From positions 10,580-74,579 of the forward strand of contig CAVRPA010000006.1 of assembly GCA_963723005.1 (NCBI GenBank): DNA of 64,000 bases, written 5' to 3'. Source of the DNA: an uncultured Acidobacteriota bacterium. Its GTDB lineage: Bacteria > Acidobacteriota > Vicinamibacteria > Vicinamibacterales > UBA2999. The notes below the pieces were generated by a model that saw only the letters and a list, made by a program, of their open reading frames with translations, was not told the DNA's origin and did not search any database. Position numbers and translations under genes: made by a program. Shown here piece after piece: positions 8,123 to 16,211 of this stretch. Position 1 is the stretch's first letter; every line of letters begins with the position of its first letter.

Positions 8123-10849
8123 TCAGAACTTCTCGGGCACCCGCTTGTACGCGTAGTTGGGATCCTTGTAGCCACCGGCCTCCTGCCGTTTCGGCAGCTT
8201 CACCTTTTCGCGCGGCGTCTTTTCGTACGGGATCTGCCCGAGCAGGTGCGAGATGATGTTCAGCCGCGCCCGCTGCTTGTCGTTCGAATCCACGACGTAC
8301 CACGGGGCGAAGCCGGTGTCGGTGGCGGTGAACATGTCGTCGCGAGCCCGCGAGTAGTCGTACCAGCGGCTGTAGGACTTCAGATCCATCGGCGACAGCT
8401 TCCAGATCTTCCGCCCGTCGTCGATGCGGGCCTCGAGACGGCGGGTCTGCTCCTTCTCGCTCACCTCGAGCCAGTACTTGAGCAGGATCACTCCGGAGTC
8501 CACCATCACCTTCTCCCACAGCGGGACCATGTTCAGGAACTTCTTGACCACCTCCTCCGAGGAGAAGCCCATCACGCGCTCCACGCCGGCGCGGTTGTAC
8601 CAGCTGCGGTCGAAGATCACGATCTCGCCGGCCGCTGGCAGGTGCGGCAGATAGCGCTGCACGTACATCTGGCTCTTCTCGCGGTCGGTGGGTGCCGGCA
8701 GCGCGATGGTCCGGAAGACGCGCGGGCTGACGCGCTCGGTGATGGCTTTGATCGTTCCGCCCTTGCCGGCGCCGTCGCGGCCCTCGAAGATGACGCAGAC
8801 CTTGAGACCCTTGTACTTGACCCATTCCTGCAGCTTGACGAGTTCGGCGTGCAGCTTGGCCAGCTCCTTCGCATAGGCCTTGCCGGTTAGCTTCTCCTTT
8901 GACGGCGCGGCCTTCTCAGGCGGGTCGCTCGCCGCAGTCGCGGCCGGAGCTCCAGCGGCCAGCGCGGCGTCGCCGTCCTTCTTCTTGTTCTTCTTGTTCT
9001 TCTTCTTATCGCCCGTCTTCTTGTTCTTGCCCTTCGCGTCCTGCAGGGCGATTTCCGGCGTGTCCGCAGCCTGTTGGCCGCCGTTGGCGCTGGCCTTGTC
9101 CTTCTTGTTCTTCTTGGCGGCTTGGTCTTTTTTCATGATGCAGTCCTCTGACTCGGAAGGAGTGCTGAATGGAACAGGACGCGCGGCGTACTGCCGATCG
9201 TACTCGCGAACGGCCGCGTCAAGGTTCGCGAACATGCGTGGCTGACCGAGCCGTTCGCCAAGCGGCGAGCGGCGCACGACGGCCAGGGTTTCGGGATTGA
9301 GCCCGGCCAGCCACAGGGTGGTGCCCTCGGCCGCCAGCCTCTCGTCAATCCCCGCGAGCGTTTGCAGCGCGGTGTACTCGATGTCGAAGATCGCACGGCC
9401 GTCGATGACCAGTACCTGCGGGCGCGACAGATCGATGAGAGCCCGAACCTTGTCGGCCACCCGCTCCGCATTGGCGAAGAAGAGCCGGCCTTCGGTGCGC
9501 AGGATCAGCAGGCCCGGCCACGTCTCATCATCGGGGTGCTCCGGCGTGAGGGGGCGGAACACGGTCGTGCCCCGCTTGCGTCCGAGCGGATACACCGCGG
9601 GGTTGTAGGCCTGCTGGGCCAGCGACAGCAGCGAGACGATCACGGCCACCATGATGCCCCTGAGCGTCCCGAGCAAGACGACCCCAGCAAAGGCCGTGAG
9701 CGCCCAGAGGAACTCGGTGCGCCGCACCCGGCTGATGGCGGCGAACTCGGCCGGCTTGATCAGCTCGATGGAGTAGACGATGACGACGGCGGCGAGCGCC
9801 GCCTGGGGCATGAGCGCGATCACCGGCCCGAGCAGGAGAAGCGTCGCCAGGGCCATCGTGGCGGTGATGAGCGCCGACACTTGACTGCGCGCGCCGGCCA
9901 GGCGATTGACGGCGGTCTGCGACGTGCCGCCGCCGGCCGGCATCGCCCCGAGCAGGCCACCCACGACGTTGGCCGCGCCGAGGGCCAGCAGTTCCTGATT
10001 CGGGTCCGGCCGCGGCTCGGACGAGGCGCCGAAGGCGCGCGCCGCGGCAATCGTCTCGGTAAAACTCATCAGCGCAATGCCGGCGGCCGCCGGCCACATC
10101 TGGTTCGCCAGATCGAAATGCGGCAGCATCAGCGTCGGTAGCCCTCCGGCCACCTGGCCGGCCGTGGCGACGCCCATCGCCTGCAGGCCCAGCACCGCGG
10201 ACGCGGCGATCGCCATCGCGATCGCGACCAGCGGCGCGGGCGCTTTCGGCGCGAAGTGCTCGAGCCCCACCAGCAGCACCAGCAACGCGGCGCCGAGGAG
10301 GAGCGTCGGGATTGAGGTCTCGGGGAGTTGCTGGGCGAGGGCGATCAGGTCACGGAAGAAGCCGGCTTTCTCGAAATGAACGCCCAGCAGCTTCGGAAGC
10401 TGGTCAACGACAATGACCAGCCCGATGCCCGACTTGAAACCGGTGAGGACCGGATCCGAGATGAAGTTCGCGATGAAGCCGAGTCGGAGCAACGAGCCGA
10501 GCGTCAGTAGAGCGCCCACCAGCACCGACAGCGTGGCCGCCGCGACGATCAGGGTCGCGGGGTCTCCGCCCGGCGCCGAACGCGCAAGCTGCGAGGCCGT
10601 CAGAATGGCAATGGTGGTGGTCGTGCTGACGCTCAGGGGACGCGACGTTCCGAGCAGGGCGTAAACGGCCATCGGCACGATGGCGGTGTAGAGGCCGATG
10701 TGCAGCGGTAGCCCGGCGATGGTGGCAAACGCCATTGCCTTCGGTACGACTACAGCCGCCGTCGTGAGGCCGGCCGTGAAATCCGGCCGGAACCAGGAGC
10801 GGGGATAGAGTCGCAGCCAGTCGACGCTCGGAAAAAGTTTCACCGACAC
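8123..10849 (-). CDS. SulP-family anion permease with STAS domain, fused in frame to a PPK2 polyphosphate kinase
   Basis: Uninterrupted 908-aa ORF. SulP N-terminus (GLTTAAVVVPKAMAFATIAGLP). STAS segment (LILRTEGRLFFANAERV). Lys-rich linker. PPK2 core (VIFEGRDGAGKGG, FDRSWYNRAGVERV). Confidence 0.8.
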   Translation of the reverse strand: MSVKLFPSVDWLRLYPRSWFRPDFTAGLTTAAVVVPKAMAFATIAGLPLHIGLYTAIVPMAVYALLGTSRPLSVSTTTTIAILTASQLARSAPGGDPATLIVAAATLSVLVGALLTLGSLLRLGFIANFISDPVLTGFKSGIGLVIVVDQLPKLLGVHFEKAGFFRDLIALAQQLPETSIPTLLLGAALLVLLVGLEHFAPKAPAPLVAIAMAIAASAVLGLQAMGVATAGQVAGGLPTLMLPHFDLANQMWPAAAGIALMSFTETIAAARAFGASSEPRPDPNQELLALGAANVVGGLLGAMPAGGGTSQTAVNRLAGARSQVSALITATMALATLLLLGPVIALMPQAALAAVVIVYSIELIKPAEFAAISRVRRTEFLWALTAFAGVVLLGTLRGIMVAVIVSLLSLAQQAYNPAVYPLGRKRGTTVFRPLTPEHPDDETWPGLLILRTEGRLFFANAERVADKVRALIDLSRPQVLVIDGRAIFDIEYTALQTLAGIDERLAAEGTTLWLAGLNPETLAVVRRSPLGERLGQPRMFANLDAAVREYDRQYAARPVPFSTPSESEDCIMKKDQAAKKNKKDKASANGGQQAADTPEIALQDAKGKNKKTGDKKKNKKNKKKDGDAALAAGAPAATAASDPPEKAAPSKEKLTGKAYAKELAKLHAELVKLQEWVKYKGLKVCVIFEGRDGAGKGGTIKAITERVSPRVFRTIALPAPTDREKSQMYVQRYLPHLPAAGEIVIFDRSWYNRAGVERVMGFSSEEVVKKFLNMVPLWEKVMVDSGVILLKYWLEVSEKEQTRRLEARIDDGRKIWKLSPMDLKSYSRWYDYSRARDDMFTATDTGFAPWYVVDSNDKQRARLNIISHLLGQIPYEKTPREKVKLPKRQEAGGYKDPNYAYKRVPEKF

Positions 10850-10984
10850 AGCTGTGCGCGCGCGCCGGGGACCCGACGGCGGACGCCAAGCATAGCGCCG
10901 GGCCCGAACACAGTCCAGCTTGAGCGCGACGTGTCGGTGCTCACAGCGTTCGTCCCCGCAAAGTGACAGCGATCGCCCGCCGTA

Positions 10985-11010
10985 TACACATTCCTATATC
11001 GGAATGTGTA
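10985..11010. promoter_or_regulatory. perfect 10-6-10 inverted repeat, candidate ArsR-family operator
   Basis: TACACATTCC-TATATC-GGAATGTGTA. Sits directly upstream of a TTGACA box and 60 nt upstream of the ArsR-type gene. Confidence 0.5.
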
Positions 11011-11019
11011 TCCTTCGGG

Positions 11020-11049
11020 TTGACAGCACTTGCCGTTGTCTTGTATTTA
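11020..11049 (+). promoter_or_regulatory. sigma70-like promoter candidate for the arsR-like operon
   Basis: TTGACA at 11020-11025, an 18-nt spacer, then TATTTA at 11044-11049. The ATG is at 11071. Confidence 0.4.
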
Positions 11050-11070
11050 ACGTGTAGGTTAATTAACTCA

Positions 11071-11430
11071 ATGGTTCAGCATCAATCCGCTCACCTCAAC
11101 GCGACGTTTGCGGCCCTGGCCGATCCCACCCGCCGCGCAATCCTCGCGCGGCTCGCCTCCGGTCAATGCTCGGTCACCGAACTGGCCGAGCCGTTCGACA
11201 TGAGCATGCCGGCCGTGTCGAAGCACCTGAAAGTGCTGGAGCGCGCCGGGCTCATCGCCAGGAGCCGCGAGGCGCAGTGGCGCCACTGTCAACTGGACGC
11301 AGCCCCGCTCCGCGAGGTGTCCGAGTGGGTGGAGCAGTATCGCGATCTGTGGGAAGCGCGCCTGGATCGCCTCGATGCCTACCTGATGGAACTTCAGAAG
11401 AAAGGAAAGCCCCGTGCCCGAAAGAAGTAG
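11071..11430 (+). CDS. ArsR/SmtB-family transcriptional regulator
   Basis: Winged-helix motifs FAALADPTRRAILARL and CSVTELAEPFDMSMPAVSKHLKVLERAGL. Start set at the ATG at 11071, within track ORF 10963..11430. Confidence 0.85.
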   Translation: MVQHQSAHLNATFAALADPTRRAILARLASGQCSVTELAEPFDMSMPAVSKHLKVLERAGLIARSREAQWRHCQLDAAPLREVSEWVEQYRDLWEARLDRLDAYLMELQKKGKPRARKK

Positions 11431-12355
11431 CACGGCCCTCGCGGCCGACGTCGTGCTCACCCGCACGTTCCACGCTCCACGGGCGCTCGTCTGGCAGGTG
11501 TGGACCGACCCGGATCACCTGGCAAAGTGGTGGGGGCCGCACACCTTCAGCAATCCGCTGGTCGAGATCGATCTGCGGCCCGGCGGCGCGCTGCGCGTGG
11601 ACATGCAGGGACCGGACGGCGTCAACGCCATGACCGGCCAGGTGCGCGAGGTCGTTGCGCCGGAGCGCTTCGTCTTCACGAGCATGCTCGAATCCGACGG
11701 TCACACTTACGTGGAGGTCCTGAACACCGTGACGCTCACCGAGCAGCATGGCGTGACCACGGTGACGCTGGTGGCGCACGTGCTGCAGGCGGCGCCGGAA
11801 GCCTTCGAGGACCTCGGCGGCATGCACGAAGGCTGGCGCCAGAGCTTCGAGCGCCTCGAAGACCAGGTCGCCACGTCGGCCTCGGAGTACGAGATGGTCG
11901 TCTCGCGGCTGCTGAACGCCCCGCGCGAAATGGTGTTCGACGTCTGGACCGATCCCCGACATCTCGGCGAGTGGTGGGGGCCGGTCGGTTTCACGACGAC
12001 CACCCAGCACATGGACCTGCGGCCCGGCGGCGAGTGGATTCACGTGATGCACGGGCCAGACGGCATCGACTATCCCAACCACACGGTGTTCATCGAGGTG
12101 AACCGTCCCTCGCGGCTCGTCTATACCAACCGCGGCGGCGACGCCGTCACCGATCCCGCGAGCTTCGAGGCCACCATCACATTCGACGAACAGGACGGCC
12201 GCACTCGTGTCACCATGCGCGCGCGGTTTGCGTCCGCCGCCGAGAAGGCAAGGATCATGCGCGAGTACGGCGCCTACGAAGGCGCGCATCAGATGTTCGA
12301 CCGCCTTGCGCAGCACCTGGCCGGCCGCACCGACAACCCGCTAAACGTGGAGTAG
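11414..12355 (+). CDS. tandem SRPBCC / AHSA1-like domain protein
   Basis: 313 aa with two repeats of the same domain signature (LVWQVWTDPDHLAKWWGP and MVFDVWTDPRHLGEWWGP). Overlaps the arsR-like stop, a pairing typical for this family. Confidence 0.8.
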   Translation: MPERSSTALAADVVLTRTFHAPRALVWQVWTDPDHLAKWWGPHTFSNPLVEIDLRPGGALRVDMQGPDGVNAMTGQVREVVAPERFVFTSMLESDGHTYVEVLNTVTLTEQHGVTTVTLVAHVLQAAPEAFEDLGGMHEGWRQSFERLEDQVATSASEYEMVVSRLLNAPREMVFDVWTDPRHLGEWWGPVGFTTTTQHMDLRPGGEWIHVMHGPDGIDYPNHTVFIEVNRPSRLVYTNRGGDAVTDPASFEATITFDEQDGRTRVTMRARFASAAEKARIMREYGAYEGAHQMFDRLAQHLAGRTDNPLNVE

Positions 12356-12359
12356 GACG

Positions 12360-14807
12360 ATGGGATTCCTTACCGATCTCCGGTTCGCTGCTCGGTCGCT
12401 CTCCCGGGTGAAAGGGCTCACCATCACGGTGATCCTCACCCTGGCGCTCGGCATCGGCGCCAACGCCGCGATCTTCACCGTGGTCCAGGGCGTGCTGTTG
12501 AAGCCGCTCGTCAACCGCGACGAGGAGCGCCTGGTCTACATCCGCCAGAGCGCCCCCGGCATCGGCGTGGAGAACGCCGCGTTCTCGGTGCCGGAGCTGA
12601 AGGACCTGCGCGCCGGCGTCACCACGCTCACCGCGTTCGGCGACTTCTCGGCCCTCGAGTTCACGATGGTCGGGCTGGGCGAACCTCGCGTGGTTCGATC
12701 CGGCGTGGTCGGTGGCTCGTACTTCGAGGTGATGGGGCTGCGCCCGGTGCTCGGGCGGCTGATCGACGCCACCGACGATGGGCCGGGTGCCGCGGGCGCC
12801 GTGGTGCTGACGCATCGCTTCTGGACGACGGCCCTCGGCAGCGATCCGGCGGTTCTCGGCAAGACGGTGCGGCTTGGCGAGCGGTCGGCCACGATCATCG
12901 GCGTGCTGCAACCGTCGGTGCCCTACCCGTCGGAGACGGAGATCATGGCCAACGTCGTCACCAGCCCGCATCACCTGGACGCGACGATGGTGGATGGCCG
13001 CGTGCATCGCATGACCGAGCTCTTCGGCCGGCTGGCGCCGGGCGCCGATGTGGACGCAGCCCGGGCCGAGTTACGGGCCGTGCACCGGGCGGCGGTCCAG
13101 TCACACCCCGAAGCCTATCCGAAAGACGCGGACTTCCGTATCGACGCGGTACGGCTTCGCGATCAGATCACGTCCTCGGCGCGCACCGTGCTGCTGGTAC
13201 TGCTGGCCGCCGCGGCGCTGGTCTTCGTCATCGCCTGCTCCAACGTGGCGAACCTGATCCTGGCGCGGTCGGTCCGCCGCGAAGGCGAGCTGGCGATTCG
13301 CGCGGCGCTCGGCGCCGGCGCCGGCGCGCTCCGTCGCACGCTGCTGGCCGAGAGCCTGCTCCTCTGCGGAGCTGGCGCCATCCTCGGCGTGCTGATCGCG
13401 CGGCCGATGGTCGCCGTGCTGTCGCGCTACGCGTCGCGCTTCTCGGTGCGGGCGCTGGATCTGACGGTGGACAGCAGCCTGCTGTGGGTGGGCACCGGGC
13501 TCGCGCTGGTCGCGGCGGTGCTGCTGGCGTTCGTGCCACGGCTGCCGTCATCGGACTCGACCAACGGCTTCGGCCTCAATACCGGCAGCGTGCGCGTCAC
13601 TTCCGGGACCAATCGCCGGCTGCGCCTGTTCGCGGTGACGCAGATCGCCGCCTCGTTCGTGCTGCTGGCCGGTGCCGGCATGTTGATGACCACACTCCTC
13701 CGGCTGCAGGCCGCGGAGACCGGTTTCAACCTGCGGCAGGTGCTGGTCGTGAACGTGCCGGTGTCGTTCGATCGGCCGAAGGCGGAGACCTCGGCGTTCT
13801 ATCGCGAGGTGATCCGGCGGGTCTCCGAGCTGCCCGGGGTGGAACGCGCCGTCGTCGGCACGCAGGTGCCGTGGCGCGACGCGGGCGCGTTTGGCCCTGG
13901 CTTCCAGTTCACCACGGAGGGTTACAGCAAGGCGAACGGCGAGGAGGATCCGCGCGGCCGCTTCCGCGCCATCTCGCCCGGGTTCTTTGGCGCGCTCGGC
14001 GTGCCGATCATCGCGGGCCGCGATTTCAACGAGGGCGATCGCGCCGACACCGAGTCGGTGGTGATCGTCAGCCAGAGCGTGGCGCGTCGCATGTTCAACT
14101 CGGGCGAAGCGCTGAACCGCCACGTGTCGTGGACGGATCCGGTGATGGCCTTCGTCGGCATCCACACCAAACCCCGCCGCATCATCGGCGTGGCCGCCGA
14201 CGTGGACGACGAGAACGTGGTGCCGGGACCGGCGATGACGGTGTATCACCCGATGGACCAGGAGTTCGGCGGCGGCCGCCTGTTCGTGCACACGAAGGCC
14301 GACCCCTACACGCTGGTTCCGCCGATCACCAAGCTGATCCGGGATCTCGCGCCAGACCAGCCGGTCGAACGGGCCGCGACCCTCGAAGATGTCCGGGCCG
14401 AAGTGCTGGCGCCCAACCGACTCAACGCGCTGGTGTTCGGCGGCTTTGCCGGCGTCGCGCTGATGATCTCGATCGTCGGCGTGGCCGGCGTGCTGGCGTT
14501 CTCGGTGAGCGCGCGGATGCGTGAGTTCGGCGTGCGGCTGGCGATCGGCTCCGAGCCTCGCCACCTGCTGGCGCGGGTGCTCCGCGAAGGTGCCGTGATT
14601 GCGGGCATCGGCGTCAGCCTTGGCGTGGTCGGCGGGTTCGTCCTCGCGCGGCTCGCGGGCGGCTACCTGTCCGAAGTGACGCTGCCTGGCGCCGTCCCGC
14701 TGCTCGGCGCCGCCGCGGTGCTGGTGGCCGCCGCGGTGCTGGCCTCGCTGGTGCCGGCCTCGCGCGCGGCCAGGGTGGATGTGATGCAGGCGCTGCGCAC
14801 CGACTAG
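12360..14807 (+). CDS. ADOP-type duplicated MacB/FtsX-like ABC transporter permease
   Basis: Intact 815-aa ORF. N-terminus MGFLTDLRFAARSL. Two MacB periplasmic-domain plus FtsX 4-TM modules. Confidence 0.85.
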   Translation: MGFLTDLRFAARSLSRVKGLTITVILTLALGIGANAAIFTVVQGVLLKPLVNRDEERLVYIRQSAPGIGVENAAFSVPELKDLRAGVTTLTAFGDFSALEFTMVGLGEPRVVRSGVVGGSYFEVMGLRPVLGRLIDATDDGPGAAGAVVLTHRFWTTALGSDPAVLGKTVRLGERSATIIGVLQPSVPYPSETEIMANVVTSPHHLDATMVDGRVHRMTELFGRLAPGADVDAARAELRAVHRAAVQSHPEAYPKDADFRIDAVRLRDQITSSARTVLLVLLAAAALVFVIACSNVANLILARSVRREGELAIRAALGAGAGALRRTLLAESLLLCGAGAILGVLIARPMVAVLSRYASRFSVRALDLTVDSSLLWVGTGLALVAAVLLAFVPRLPSSDSTNGFGLNTGSVRVTSGTNRRLRLFAVTQIAASFVLLAGAGMLMTTLLRLQAAETGFNLRQVLVVNVPVSFDRPKAETSAFYREVIRRVSELPGVERAVVGTQVPWRDAGAFGPGFQFTTEGYSKANGEEDPRGRFRAISPGFFGALGVPIIAGRDFNEGDRADTESVVIVSQSVARRMFNSGEALNRHVSWTDPVMAFVGIHTKPRRIIGVAADVDDENVVPGPAMTVYHPMDQEFGGGRLFVHTKADPYTLVPPITKLIRDLAPDQPVERAATLEDVRAEVLAPNRLNALVFGGFAGVALMISIVGVAGVLAFSVSARMREFGVRLAIGSEPRHLLARVLREGAVIAGIGVSLGVVGGFVLARLAGGYLSEVTLPGAVPLLGAAAVLVAAAVLASLVPASRAARVDVMQALRTD

Positions 14808-15262
14808 CGTCGGGCCGACCGGCTCGCCATCCACGCAATCGGCAGCCCGACGCCGAAGGCGTGAATGGCGAGCCCGTTGAGCAATGCCGACGGCGCCGCG
14901 GGAAGCCCACCGCGGAATCCCGCCAGCGGCAGCACCACCAGGTTCATGACGAAATACAACGCCACGCCGAATGCCGGACCGGCGATCCACGGGTGGCGGA
15001 TGGCGGCGGACAGCTGGCGCGCAATCAGGAAGTAGGCCGTGGCCGCCGACAGCGCGATGAAGAAGTGCAGCGCAAGGCCAAGCGCCGCCGCCGGCACACC
15101 TCCCTGGAACGCGCCGTTCCCCAGCACCCCGCTCGCGATGAACTGCAGCACTCGCGTCGGGGTGCCGCCGTTCAGGCGCGTGATGATGAACGCGTCGAGA
15201 ATGTCCAGCAGCCCCGCGAGCAGTCCGCCAACGATCACCGTGTCGAACAGCTTTGGACGCAC
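14804..15262 (-). CDS. small 4-TM membrane protein, function unknown
   Basis: 152-aa hydrophobic ORF. Its stop overlaps the ADOP stop in a CTAG palindrome. Confidence 0.55.
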   Translation of the reverse strand: MRPKLFDTVIVGGLLAGLLDILDAFIITRLNGGTPTRVLQFIASGVLGNGAFQGGVPAAALGLALHFFIALSAATAYFLIARQLSAAIRHPWIAGPAFGVALYFVMNLVVLPLAGFRGGLPAAPSALLNGLAIHAFGVGLPIAWMASRSARR

Positions 15263-15271
15263 CGGGGGATT

Positions 15272-16105
15272 CTACCCGTCTGCCGGCGCCGCAGCCTTCA
15301 CGAGCCTGGCGCCGTTCTCATCGACCGGCCGGCGGACACCTTCAACAGGCTCGTCGCACCACCGTCACCAGGACCTCCGCCACTGGCCACGGCGCTTCGT
15401 TGGCGACGGCCCAGATGGTCACGCGTCCCGTGGACGAGGTCTTGCCTTTCGTCCACGGCGTTGCCGGCGCGAACTCCGGGTAGATGAAGAGGTTCTCTTC
15501 GGCAGCGGCTTCGCCGAGCGGCGTGAACGTGAATCGCGGCACGATGTACAGCAGGCTGCGATCGAGCCGGTTCACCCGTGGATCTCGAACTGGGCGCCGC
15601 GGCGGGCGACGTCCATGCTCATCGCGACCAGGGTGTGCCACGACACGGACCCCGCGCTGTTGAGATGCCGGCGGCGCACCTCGATGCCGTAGGGATGAAG
15701 CGGAGGCTCGGGCGCCACGCCCGCCCGTCGCCGCCGCTGACGCCGCTGCACGGTGATGAGCGCCACCGGCACGCGTTCGGGCCGCTTGACGCCGGGCGTG
15801 CGTCGCAGCACGTCGAACCGCATGACCAGCGCATCGCCTTCCAGTCGAGGAAGGCCGAAGTGCAGCTGCCGATCCGTCAGCCGCGCCGGTTGCTTGAACT
15901 CGAGATCGATGCTGCTGACGCCCTGCAGTAGCGAGCGCTTGGCCAGGTAGTGCCACAGGGTCTCGATGACCACTCCGCGCTGACGCTGCCGGCGGAGTTG
16001 AGCATGCTGGAGTCGATGATCCTGTGCCGGGTGTCGAGCACGGCCGTGATGGCCTCGCCGGCCACCCGACGCCCGCCTGACTTCCGCTGCCCGCAATGGT
16101 TTCAT
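15272..16105 (-). pseudogene. decayed paralog of the 20996..21844 tandem hotdog-like gene
   Basis: Roughly 93-95% nucleotide identity to 20996-21844 by eye. Four indels relative to that copy: three 1-nt deletions and one 2-nt deletion. The product is split over three frames. Confidence 0.8.
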
Positions 16106-16211
16106 CCTGTACTCCTGTGACCAACAAAGGTACGTCATCGCGGGTCAGCCAAGCACCGGAGCGCAACCAGCCGGCTCTGCCGGTCAGGGTCGACTTATAA
16201 TCCCGCCGTCC

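Noticed and set aside
9133-9471. The 112-aa alternative-frame ORF ending in the ATGA overlap at the PPK2 internal start, considered as the true SulP C-terminus.
   Set aside because: Its translation is Arg/Ser/Pro-rich and not STAS-like. The STAS domain reads cleanly in the fusion frame up to about 20 codons before the internal ATG. Only a very late indel could separate the genes, and this is kept as a caveat in the findings.
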